Assembly: GCA_010015585.1 (NCBI GenBank)
Contig: ML975183.1
Source of the DNA: Eremomyces bilateralis CBS 781.70
Lineage: Eukaryota
Strand: one strand, 5' to 3'
Length of the DNA: 64,000 bases
Position numbers and translations under genes: made by a program. This document shows positions 37,245 to 49,118 of this stretch, one piece after another. The notes beneath the pieces are model-generated. The model had not been told where the DNA came from. It worked only from the letters and a program-made list of their open reading frames with translations, and made no database searches. The first letter of the stretch is position 1; each line of letters begins with the position of its first letter.

Positions 37245-38371
37245 GTTGACTGAGCCCAGATGATGGTCGGAAGGCACGCGATGTTTCCAGGAAAGAATCG
37301 AACCGGACGTCCAAAGATAAGTATCCAAGCGGGGTTCCGGAACAAAATTGATCTCGATTGGCCGGTGTTTCTATTACTCTATCTTGAAGGGTGTGAAATG
37401 GATGTCAATTTTAGGAGTGATGTCAAGGACCGAGGGCTGCGGGGAAACGGCAGTAGTGATATAAAGGAAGTCGGCAGATCACGCAATTGGGGGATTGAGA
37501 GAGTAGAACAATGGGAAGTCGATTCCAAGAATGATGATGGTAAGTACTGTCAGTAGTCAATGAACAATGGGAAGTTGGGGACGAAATAAATCGTTTAGTT
37601 TGGAGTATTTGACGGTGAATTATGACCTATTCTTATATACCTTCTGTAAGGAGGTAGGATCTACAGCGCCTGTTCGTTGAAGAGCCGCCTGAGACCAAGT
37701 GTTGCGGGGTGCAGATCGCCCAACGCCTCAACCAAACCGTCGATGATGCGGACAGCGTGCTAGTTTGTCAGCTACCCGAAAAATTCTGGTTGGTTCCCTT
37801 GGCCGGTTCCTACCAAGAATCACTAATCAGCAAATCAGGAAATCAGGAGAGATTTAATAATAGGTAATATCCCAGATTCCAGGATCCAGATTTTAGAATG
37901 CCCAGAGTGCTAGAGCAGGTCGTATCTCGGATTTAGTCAGTCGGTGCAACTTCACTCGCCGCGCGGTGTCTCTCCTGTTTACAAATCCGGTGGCGAGCAA
38001 CGAGAATACGAGATATGTGCGTGATATGTCATCGACCATCGTCATCTCTCAAGGATTCCAGCTGTTCTGTTGGTCTATCGTCGAAATGAGTTCGTCGCCT
38101 TGTTGCCTTGAATTAGAAAGCCCTCCGGGGGACGAAATTGAGTTACGTCTCTTGGCATTCCCCCAACCATCACCACCATCACAGGCAGGCCCAATTCGCT
38201 CAAAAACAGCACAATACCAAAAAGTATACTCTTTCCCTAACTAAGCAACTACTAGAGGTCTGTTTTGGTGAATTCTCCGCCGCGTTCTGGTTAAGATCGT
38301 GGGAACTGTGCATAGGGAAATGCCAAGAAAGGTAACTCAATTTCGTCTCCCCCGGAGGAGCAAAGGGCGCC

Positions 38372-38409
38372 AGGCGACAAGGCGACAAGGCGACAAGGCG
38401 ACAAGGCGA
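38372..38409 (+). repeat. (AGGCGACA)x4.75 tandem octamer
   Basis: Perfect tandem copies read directly. Confidence 0.95.
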
Positions 38410-38730
38410 TGGGTATTGAATCCAGCTTACGACAGGTTCCAAGGACGACGCGCTAATGGATGCATCTTGCACGGCACGTTGCTCTCCATCTCGATCGTGA
38501 ACATCCATGTCGCGACGGTCCTGTAGCTCAATCTTCTATACAAATTCTATATACCCACCGACCCTGCATTTCCCTTGCCGAGTTACCGTCCTTTCGTGAG
38601 CGGCTTGAGGGTCTATTGCTGATGCGCAACTGCTCTCTGTCCATCAAATTGGACCAGCCACAGCGCGCAACGCGCGCATAGACTCGCCATCGCCAGAGGC
38701 TCGTCGCGAGTCGCAACCCCCATCCTAGCC

Positions 38731-41665
38731 ATGTCCCAAGTCGAAAGCGAGAATGAGGTGCCCGTACCCACCACGGAGGTGGCCGAGACGACGGAAACGA
38801 CGGATACCGTCATGAAAGACCAAGATGCCGTTAACGAGTCCCCTGGACAGGCAAACGGAGGCGCATCGATACAAGTGACAGAGCAACAGCCCGGAAGTAG
38901 CGCTAGGATGGACACGACCCGAATATCGACCGTGTCGGAGGCCGAGTGGGATGCAATGATCGATGTCCTGAACGCAGTCTATGCCTACCGCATCGACGAC
39001 GAACACGACCCCTCCAAAGTCTTCCACCGCAAAGTGAACAAGCGCGTCCTCCCCGATTATTATACCGTCATCACCGAGCCCATGGCCCTCAGCACCATCA
39101 AAGCGAAGCTTAATACGAAGGAATACAAGTCCTTCGCCGAGTTTGTGCGAGATTTCGCCCTCATTCCCCACAACGCCCAAGTGTACAATCGACCGGATGC
39201 TGGCGCCTACCAAGATGCCCTCGTTATCAAGGATGTGATCCAGGATGAATTCCAGAAGTTAGCAGAAAAGGGTGTAATTCCAGCCGATGTAGCTAAGCTG
39301 CCGTTTCTTGGAGAGATTCCTCCACCGGACGAAGAAGGGCCAGGGGATGAGGAAGAAGAGGAAGATGACGAAGATGACGAGGAGGAAGAAGAGGACACGG
39401 ACGATGAAGGCAAGAAGAAACGCCGTCGGGGCGGCCGGGCATCAAAACGGGACAAGGACGATGCCAAAGATGCTGCGGACCCCGACGCCCGGAAGAAACG
39501 TGGACGACCACCGCGTGTGGACACCCCTCTAGAGGCGCGGATTAAGGAGATCATCAAAGGCATGCGGAAGTTCAAGAACTCCACGAATCAGATGAAAATC
39601 AGCCATTTCGAGCGTCTTCCCGACAAGTCTCAAATGCCCGAATATTTCAATGAGATCAAGCAACCCATGGCAATGGACGTGGTCAAGGTTGGTTGATCCC
39701 CGTTCTCCCCTCAGAGGATTCCGCTGACTTATCTTAGAAAAAACTCAAGCGGAAGAAGTATTCTTCCGTTGACCAATTCATGAAGGATGTGGAACTCATG
39801 TTCGAGAATGCGAAGATGTACAACCAGGATGAAAGCATCATATATAAGGATGCTGTAGATCTCCAGGGCGAGACTAGAGCATTGGCCGAGCAAGCCAAGA
39901 AACGTCCAGATACCGACTTTGTCATGGAAGACGGTAGGTTGCCGATGCCCAACGGCATCTTGCACGGGGGAGAGCTTTGGAAAGTCGGTATGTGTCAACC
40001 ATCAATCGTGCAAGCAATCCGCAGGCTAACAGATTCAGGCGACTGGGTACATATCCAGAATGCCAACGATGTCACCAAGCCCATCGTTGCCCAGATCTAT
40101 CGCACCTGGCAAGATGCCGATGGTGACAAGTGGGTGAACGCTTGCTGGTACTATCGCCCGGAGCAGACCGTCCATCGATTTGACAAACACTTCTTCGAGA
40201 ATGAGGTGGTGAAAACGGGTCAGTATCGGGATCATCGGATCGATGAGGTTGTCGATCGATGCTTTGTGATGTTCTTCACTCGCTACAACAAGGGACGCCC
40301 TCGCAACTTCCCGCCTGACAAAGAGATCTATGTTTGCGAAGCTCGATACAACGAAGAGAAGCACAAGATGAACAAAATCAAGACATGGGCTAGCTGCTTG
40401 CCGGACGAGGTTCGCGACAAAGACTATGAGATGGATTTGTTTGAACAGCCGAAACGGATGAAGAAAATACCCAGTCCAATAGTGTATATGCTCAAAGACG
40501 ATGCAAAGGAGACCGATGACCTCCCCAAACCGACCTGGGGTGCAGAGAATGCACCACCAAAAATTGGAGCTGTGCACAAACGGCCACGGGACCCAAAGGT
40601 GAGGTCAATGGAGGACTAAAAGTTATTCAATGCTGATAATTCTAGGATTCACCACCTCCCGAACCGACACCATCCCCACCACCTCCTGCGCCTCCACAAA
40701 CTGTACAGCGACCTACGACGGCAACACATCCAACACCCGCTGGCTATCGGGATCAAAGCGACTTCATGAATGCAGCCGGTCATCCCGGCTCCGCCATTGG
40801 CACCTCACCCTCTCAGCGTCCTCCCGCGCATGCTTACTCGGCCAGCCAGTACGGACAACATCCTCCGGTTTCTCCAGCTCCCCCACGCACCAACACCCCA
40901 GCCCACGGCGCCGCCTTCCAACCCTCGCCAATAACCCCTGGACCGCACCCGGTGGCGTACACTGGCCCCACGCCTATCGCTCAAGCCGCTCATCATCCCC
41001 ATCCCGCCCCACAAAATTTCCCCACGTCCCACACCGTTACCCCAGCGACACATGGTCATCCACAAGTCTACCCGGCACCACAGGGCGTCGGCTCTCGTCC
41101 GACGTACCCGGTGCAGCCGCCCAGTGGCCAAGGGCATCTCGGCTACAAAGCACCGACGATCGATGTGTACCACTTAGATGACCGCGCGAACTCGTCGGTT
41201 CCTCCCGAGATCCGCAAGCAGTTCCACACGGACCGCCAGGGTCGAATCCTCTTCTACGCAGCGCCACCCGCGCAGACCGAACCGACGGATGGAGTCAAAG
41301 GCATTCACGGAGGCAAGATCTTGGGACACGGCGCGCGGTATCTCGCGGCCAAAGCGGAGCGAGAGAAGAAACTTTTGGCAAAGCGAAAACTGGAAGGATC
41401 GAACGGGCAGGGATCACCGCCGAATAAAAAAAATCGAACGGGGTCGAACGAGGCGGACGGTGATCGATGGAGCAAGGATGTCCAAGACCTCATGAATCAG
41501 GCGCTCGGACTCTGGGGCCAACAGATTCTAGACGGGATGATTTCCGATATGAAGCACCGGTATGGCGAAAGCAGGTGGCAAGGTGGATTGCAGGAGGAAC
41601 TGAGCCGGGTGGCAGGGCTGCAGGAAAAGAGAATGGAGCTAGTGGAGGGACGGGAGACGGCTTGA
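38731..41665 (+). CDS. RSC1: RSC chromatin-remodelling subunit Rsc1/Rsc2 (two bromodomains, AT-hook, BAH). Exons 38731-39687, 39738-39987, 40039-40598, 40646-41665.
   Basis: PDYYTVITEPMAL..NAQVYN, KRGRPP, FERLPDK..EYFNEIKQPM..NAKMYN, BAH GDWVHIQN..WVNACWYYRPEQT..YVCEARYNE. Confidence 0.93.
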
Positions 41666-43416
41666 GAATACGTCTTTACTCTAGAAGGGCATTCCAGAAT
41701 CAGAGCGTTTCCTTTCCTTGACGTTCCGTCCCCAGACCGCGACACTCCAACCTCGTTTTCCGGTCTGATTAGGATAGTACGGTGTCATAAAAGGATTATG
41801 GCTGGCTTCTGGGGCTGATCACGTTCATATGGAGGCGGTCGTTCGGGATTCCCCTGGACTCGGTCATATTATGACGAGCTTAGGTGTCCACGTCATTTGC
41901 AAAGGTGTGTCCGCGGTTCGGGCCATGTGGAGGAGACACCGACAGGGAGTTATGGTAGCAGTAATACTTCAATATATTGGAAGCAAGCGGTGGCACAAGA
42001 TATGACACATCATGGTATGCAATCCTTAGTTCGATGGTTGATTCATGAGTACACAGGCTGCTCGTAGCTAGAGAGAACGGAGACGACAAGAGTCAATCAG
42101 AATTGAGCAAGATGTAGGTTTGATTTCAGATTAAGTGATGTTACACTCGTCCAGCCGAACCTCTTCGCCTGGATGAAGAGGCAGAGTCGCAGAGGGAAGG
42201 GGAGCACTGGACTGGCCGGTATAGGTATGGCTGAGACGTGTACCTGACTAATTGGCCGTACCTGCAGAGGATTTGCATTGTTGCATGAATCTCCTTGACC
42301 TCACCATCAGATTGAGCAATCCGAGCGTGTTGTCGACGACATCCGATCCCAATTGGAAGGCGAAAGACGGATTCGGATTCGCCAGAACAGGGAGAGTATT
42401 GTCCCTTATTGCGTGATAGCGAGAGGAGATAAGGTGATCGGAGTACCCGTAAGGCGCTCTGACGTCGATCTGCCCAATTCTCTAGCGGCGATCACACAAT
42501 TGGGCTGGCTTCGGGAATCGGATCGACGTGAGACGGTGCAGATGTATCGGTGAGGGAGGGAGGGATAGATTTCGGTACCGTGACGGTCAAGTCAGTAACT
42601 TCAGAGTCCAGACTGCAGAAGTTACGATACGGCGTCAGTAGCCTTGTAGATCATTACTCGGATGGACCGACGGCAAAGTCGATTACCAAATGCGGCATTC
42701 TTTGCTTTTTCCACTGGAGCCATAGAACCGGCATTATTCAACATTCGACAGCGATATGACCAGCATCGGATTGCAACAGCCATTCAACGGCGATGGAAGG
42801 TTTGGACTTTGAGGGATGGAATCGCCATAGAAGCGCCACGTTAGTTGTTCCCTGTAGCACACAATCGGGTCTCTATCTCGTTATTGGCGGGTTTTCATGT
42901 TTCAGGGACCCGTTACTGGTAGTGACTGGTAGCTCCGATATCCGGACGTTCCATTTCGCGTGTAGAACTGCAATCCTTCAGGAATCACCCGATAATCTTG
43001 GGGAAACTCCCCTTGTTTCGCTGGCTCATCCTACTGGTCATCTTATGTATCTTACTCGTCTCAGTCATCATTCTTTCCGAACCCCTTCCCGAAATTCCTA
43101 ACATCATCCTGTCACGTCCTCACGTCTTCGCCGTATACCTAAATGAATGGCTTCAGGTCGCAAACTGTATTTGTCCTTTATTCCGAGTATTTATTAAATA
43201 ATCCCTTTGTACCTATCCTTCGGCTGACTTCAATCTGCATACCACCGTAATATACCTCACGGTAATTACCTGTAGTACCTTTCCTGGCAAGTGGGACGTT
43301 TCCTTCATTTCCCACATCCCGACTTTTCCAACTCCAGCCGATTGGAAACGACACCGCCGGAATATTTTACACCTCCCACCTACTACGGCCCTCGCACTAA
43401 AATATTCAATTCGCTT

Positions 43417-43465
43417 TCTCCATTTCTCCAGTTCTCCAGTTCTCCATTTCTCCATTCTCCCATTC
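43417..43465 (+). repeat. Degenerate (TTCTCCAG/TTCTCCAT)n octamer tract upstream of choline sulfatase
   Basis: About five copies of TTCTCCAK. Confidence 0.7.
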
Positions 43466-44096
43466 TACTTTCCTCTTTATTATTATAAATAGTCTCCGTA
43501 CTTCCTTAGGCGCGACTTTCCGTTTCCTTCTCTCGCAGTCACTGAACCACTGAACACCTGCAGGATCCACCGCCAGACTGCACATATTAGATCCCTTAAG
43601 GACCTGCGCGGACCCGGATTCTACTTCAGTCCCATTCGATTTCCGTTCTGCTTCACCGCCTACGGACGTTGCAGCCGTCTTCCTGCCCTCTTAACTCTCC
43701 CACTCTGCTCCTTGGACTTCTCACCTTGGTTCCCTCCGTCAAACCTGTGTCAATTCGACACCCAGTTATCTTCGCATAACATAGAAAGAGCACGGACTAC
43801 CTATTGTGGAATAATTCACTGCATCAATCGGAAACCGGACTATTGCACTCGTCGACAGTGTCGCGTGCTTCGATTGCTCCCCTTCTCCCACGAGACGACT
43901 GGTCGTGTGACCTCGCCACCGCCTAGTCTTTGTCTCAAATTCCATCTTTAGTTCTGCCCTATACGGACCTCTGTCTTTTCCAAGAATTTCAAACTCCTTC
44001 CTTGGCTCTTCAGAGGTGGCTTGCAGTCTAGACCCAAGTTTGTAGGTGTTTGTCAAAGCAAATTCACCCCGAGCACTCCTGTGTCCCCCAGCAATA

Positions 44097-46121
44097 ATGG
44101 CCCCTCACGCCGAATCTCCGCCTCTACCAGAGAGCTCATGGGCAGAAAATGGTCCCGCATATCTGCCATCGGAGCACACGGAAGCGGTCAAGCCCAATAT
44201 TCTCTATATCATGGCCGATCAGTTGGCTGCACCACTCCTTCGGATGCATGATGCAAAGTCACCCATTATTACCCCCCACCTCGACTCCCTCGCAGAGTCG
44301 GGTGTTGTCTTCGACAGCGCGTACTGCAACTCTCCGCTCTGCGCGCCGTCACGGTTCTGCATGGTCACAGGCCAGTTGCCTTCCAAGATCGGCGCTTACG
44401 ACAACGCTTCCTTCCTACCCTCAGATGTCCCCACCTTCGCCCACATGCTCCGTGGCGAGGGGTACGAGACAACCCTAGCTGGAAAGGTGAGTTCGCAACC
44501 ACTTCTTGGTCCTGGTGTTACGACTAACCTGATAATCCGTAGATGCACTTCATCGGCCCAGATCAGTTGCATGGCTTTGAAAATCGGCTCACACCAGACA
44601 TCTATCCGGCCGATTTCGGCTGGGCAGTGAATTGGGATAACCCGGAGGAGCGCCTTGAATGGTACCACAATATGAGCTCCGTCTATCAAGCAGGACCGTG
44701 CGTTCGAAGCAACCAACTGGACTATGACGAGGAAGTGATGCATAAGGTTAGTTGCAATGCCCCCGATTCTGGGAGGTTTTCCGTACGCTAGGCAGAGGGC
44801 TTCCTTGACAGCTACTGAGTGCATCCAATAATTATTGCCCAAGCCTGGAAGCATGCTGTCAAGATCATGCATCCTAGTCCATGGCATGGAGCTGATGGAT
44901 CATGCCCTCTGTTTCTTACGCAATCTCAGGATTGTACTCGTGCGTTGTGGGAATTTACTAATTTTTTTTCGATAGTCCACGCAGTATCTATACGACTATG
45001 TTCGTCAGGGAAAGTCACAAAGGCCGTTCTCTCTGACGGTCTCTCTCACTCATCCTCATGATCCATACGCAATATCCAAGGATCTGTGGGATCTTTACGA
45101 AGACGTTGACATTCCGATGCCGGAGGTTGTCATACCCCAGGACCAGCAAGACCCCCACAGCACTCGTCTGCTCAAGTGCATTGATGCCTGGGACAACGAC
45201 ATTCCGGAAGAGGCGGTCAAGCGGGCTCGACGAGCGTATTACGCCGCATGCACCTACGTCGACAACCAGATCGGCAAGCTTCTCCGCATCTTAAAAGAGT
45301 GCAGCCTCGACAAGAACACCGTGGTTATCTTTTCCGGTGATCACGGCGACATGCTCGGCGAGCGAGGGCTGTGGTACAAGATGAACTGGTTCGAAATGAG
45401 CTCCCGCGTTCCCTTGGTCATCAACTACCCGCCCCGCTTCAACCATCGCCGAGTGAAGGAATCGGTCAGCACCCTGGACTTGCCGTTCACGCTACTGGAA
45501 CTCGTGGCTGGCCCGAAAGCAGTCCAGAAGTGGGCAGCCCTGTCTCCCATAGACGGCCGGAGCATATACCCTGCGCTCGTGGGTCGACCGGTGGCCGATG
45601 AGGTGATCGGAGAGTATATGGGCGAGGGTGCCATCACTCCCGTCGTGATGATCCGCCGCGGGAAGTGGAAGTACGTGGCCTCCCTCATCGACCCTCCGCA
45701 ACTCTACAACCTTGCCGACGACCCGCACGAGTTGACCAACTTCGCGAACGCCGCGAACACCACCGTGGAGAGTAAGACCGTGGCCGCGAGCTTCGAGGAG
45801 GAAGTTCGATCACGCTGGGATCTGCCAAAGGTCCACCAACGCGTCCTCCTGAAGCAGCGGGAACGCAGACTGATCTGGAATGCACTGAGGAAAGGCAAAT
45901 TCCAGTCTTGGGACTTCGAGGGGGAAGGCGGGGGGCAGCAACAGTAAGCTCTCCATGAATCGTTTGTCAGGTCGCTTTCATCTAACGGAACCAGGTATAT
46001 CCGTTCCAATATCCCTCTCGACGACCTAGAACTCCGTGCCCGGTATCCGCCAGTGGATGATAAAGGCAAGACTCTCATCGTGGCCGTCCCGCATGGGCAG
46101 GCCGGGGCCCAGAATGAGTAA
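44097..46121 (+). CDS. betC: Choline sulfatase (BetC-like formylglycine sulfatase). Exons 44097-44486, 44543-44746, 44976-45943, 45995-46121.
   Basis: KPNILYIMADQL, CNSPLCAPSR (CxPxR), GKMHFIGPDQLHGFE..DIYPADFGW, WYHNM, THPHDPY, DHGDMLGERGLWYKM, YIRS..LDDLE. Confidence 0.93.
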
Positions 46122-46568
46122 CGCTCTACGATTGTTGACTCCTTCCATGGGATGTCCGCCATGAGAGGTTGCTTCTCTTACCTACGTCTATCTTTTGCCG
46201 AACTTCGGTACCCACCCTATTTTTGGCCGAGCGTTTACCTGTCCCGGGTCCATTTGTTGACGAGCTTTTGATTTTGGCGCTCCGGAATCAGCGGGGATGA
46301 AAGCGTATGATTTTATCCATTATTTGTATTCGAGGTTATCCTACAGGTTATTTGCGAGGAGTTGGCGGCGAGTCGCACCAAATAGCTCATAGTTGCATTC
46401 TCTGGAGATCGATAGGTCAGAAATATAGGTTCAGTGAATGGGAGCAGTTCTCAAACACAAATCCAGAGCGTGTAGTGGCATATTTTGACGCGGATGAACG
46501 CAGCTTCGAGCACCACAGATGAATCGTTTTGAAATCATGATCCAGCTGGGAGACGAAATTACTGGTCT

Positions 46569-46760
46569 TGAAGTATATTCCTAAGGTGTCGAAATCTCGG
46601 AATCATTACTTTCTTTCACCATACGGAGTAGAAGGAATCGGCTATACCTGGTGAAGCATATTCCTGGCCGTCTAAAACCCGGAATCGTTATTTTCTTTCC
46701 CCATCCGGAGTGCAGGAAATCGGTGGTGAAACATATCCCCAGGGGCGTGGAAAGCTCTCA
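46569..46760 (+). repeat. Degenerate 75-83-bp tandem repeat, about 2.5 copies
   Basis: Units start TGAAGTATATTCC (46569), TGAAGCATATTCC (46652) and TGAAACATATCCC (46727). The first two share CGGAATCRTTAYTTTCTTTCMCCATMCGGAGT. Confidence 0.8.
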
Positions 46761-46830
46761 ACCGTTAATATATGCAAGCAGATTCCATGGATGCCACTTG
46801 GATTTATGATGCCAGAGGTGTCTCTCCCTG

Positions 46831-47030
46831 AAGCACTTCCCTCTCATCTGTTTGTTCTTTAAGCACTACTTCTCATCTGTTTCTTCTCCAAGCACTTCCC
46901 CTATCCGTTTCTTCCTCAAGCGCTTCCCTTACCTGGTTCTTCCCCAAGTACTTCCTCTTATATGTTTCTTCCCCAAGCACTTCTCTCATTCATTTCTTCT
47001 CCAAGCACTTCCTCTATCCGGTTCTCCCTT
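46831..47030 (+). repeat. Pyrimidine-rich minisatellite, 7 copies of 28-30 bp
   Basis: Units begin AAGYRCT at 46831, 46861, 46890, 46918, 46946, 46975 and 47003. Confidence 0.9.
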
Positions 47031-48029
47031 AACTGCCTCATTACCTGTATTCACCTCGGCATTGTCAAGTACTGAGGCTACAACAAATAATGGCAAGCCC
47101 TCGGCTGTCATCAGGGCACGACATTCATTCATAATCTATGGCTTAAAGGACCACGAGCACTTTGTAGACCAGGCGAAGTGCATGGAACGGGCCCAAGACG
47201 GGACAAACCGAGTTCGGCCATATTCTGACCAGGTCACCAGCGTCACTCATGTAATGACTAGAGAGATACTTGGATAGAGAACAGACTCAAAAGCGGTCAT
47301 AGAAGAATTTTGTTCCGAGCTTCACCTGGATTATATTAACGCAGGCCTATTTGCCTTCACTAGGCCTTCAGGGGTAGCAATACGGGACTTCCGAGGCTAG
47401 CATGGCTTTTGGAAACGCTTTTAAATCGGAATTAGATATTGATTTCATGGCCCCATGTTAGGAGAAGGGATAGGTGCCTTAGACAACTAATCGGAGGTAA
47501 TGAGCCAGCAAGTACTAAGCGCTCCCGACATTCTCTGAAGATCCATGGTACCTCAATGGCTATATATAACTTACATATACATCGAAGCTGGAGCGCATGG
47601 GAGATGATGAATGGGCTCCTGGACTTCAACATGGGAAGAGATGCTTGAGGGGCCACAACGAGCATCAGGAAAGAGTTGAGGGGAAAATGGACGAGAATGC
47701 ACGAGCAAAGGCCGGTCAAGGTCTTAGACACAGATTGTCAGGGCAATGAAGATAAACCACTTCAGACCAGATATAGCAGAACAGGAAGTAATCAATATTA
47801 TACCAAACATTGACCTATTGTGTATCACAGATAATGAGGAATAATGCAAGGTTTGAAAGAGAGGAAGACAGCATCAGTTTGCTGTGTTCATTGCTGAGGT
47901 AGCCGCGAATAAAAATAAACTTTTGATTCTTCATGACCCGGGTATCATCCGATCCGATTGAACGCCAATGCTGCCAGAATTCGCCAAAGAATGTTGCTAT
48001 CATGTCTTCTTGATCAAATCCCGATCATC

Positions 48030-48443
48030 TCATGCGACATCCATCTCTGTGGATTTCGGATCTTCCAGCATCTCGACACCCTTCCCATTATCGACGAAGA
48101 GCCCTGCAGCGGCATCGGCTTCCTTATGGCCGTACGGTTTCTCTCTCAATTGTCGGACTCTGTTGGGATGTTAGATGATGCGTTGGGTTGGGCTGAACGG
48201 GTCACGGCACCTTTTCTTGTGTGGTTTTCCCTTGATATGCGACAAGAAGTTCGGCTCACTCTCGAACCATTTGGCGCATTCTGTGCAGTAGTGCTGGCCC
48301 AGGCCCGGGAGATCCTCGACGGCTTTGGTGTCTTTATATAGGCGAAGATGATTCGGGTCGTGGAGGTCGCTGTAGGCTTGATCGATATCGCGGGTATAGC
48401 GACGGGTCTTCTTTTTGGACTCGGAACCGCGAATGGCAGGCAT
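48030..48443 (-). CDS. BUD20: Bud20/ZNF593 C2H2 zinc-finger pre-60S factor. Exons 48443-48211, 48159-48030.
   Basis: KTRRYTRDIDQ, EDLPGLGQHYCTECAKWF..HIKGKPHKKRVRQLREKPY..EADAAAG. Confidence 0.93.
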
Positions 48444-48655
48444 TTTGCACGGCGGGGATCAATAGAGAACGGATTAATGATATGTAGGCGTAACTGATAT
48501 GTTGGGACTTGGGTGGGGGAAGAATAAAAAATCACAAGATAGCAGGGGTGGGGGCGATCGTCACGTGCAGATGCCGGTTGGAGGGGAGATGATCGATTGC
48601 TCATGGGCACAATCCTCGGCGATCACTTATTATGATTGCTAGGCAATTTCCTGAG

Positions 48656-48697
48656 GTCGGGTCAACTAAATGTCGGGTCAACTAATGTCGGGTCAAC
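48656..48697 (+). repeat. GTCGGGTCAAC x3 (15-16-bp period) in the BUD20/aconitase divergent promoter
   Basis: Three exact 11-mers. Confidence 0.9.
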
Positions 48698-49098
48698 GGG
48701 TAGGAAATGGCCGAATAGCAGTTAGCCTGGATGGGATCCTAGTATCATGAGGGAAAAAAAAAAAGAGGCTCGCTTGTGGTGGGCCGAGTATATGGTACAT
48801 CCGGGGGTAGTAGAAATTGATGATCGTGAAAGCATATTCCCGGGGGGGGCCGGCAACCCTCGATGGTTGGGTACTGATGCCGTTTTAAAAATATAGTATT
48901 GGCCTTGTATGATTCTTTGAGTTTCACCGAGTCAGTACAATTCTCCGTTCTCTGTAGAGGACCTCCAAGTTGAAGGACGATAAAATCTTCAAATCTGGCA
49001 CCGCGAGATGGCTAAGGATGATGCAACCCAGTCAGGAAGGAACGACAGGAATGCGGGAATGGTGAAGCGCCTGCTCCCGAGGATGTCCGCATTCGCAG

Positions 49099-49118
49099 CC
49101 AATCACGGCCAAGATGAT
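49099..49118 (+). promoter_or_regulatory. CCAAT box with bipartite CBC:HapX motif (CSAAT-N12-RWT)
   Basis: CCAAT CACGGCCAAGAT GAT, about 260 nt upstream of the aconitase ATG. Confidence 0.7.

Noticed and set aside
46831..47030. CRISPR-like array
   Set aside because: Eukaryotic context, contiguous degenerate units with no unique spacers, and no cas genes.
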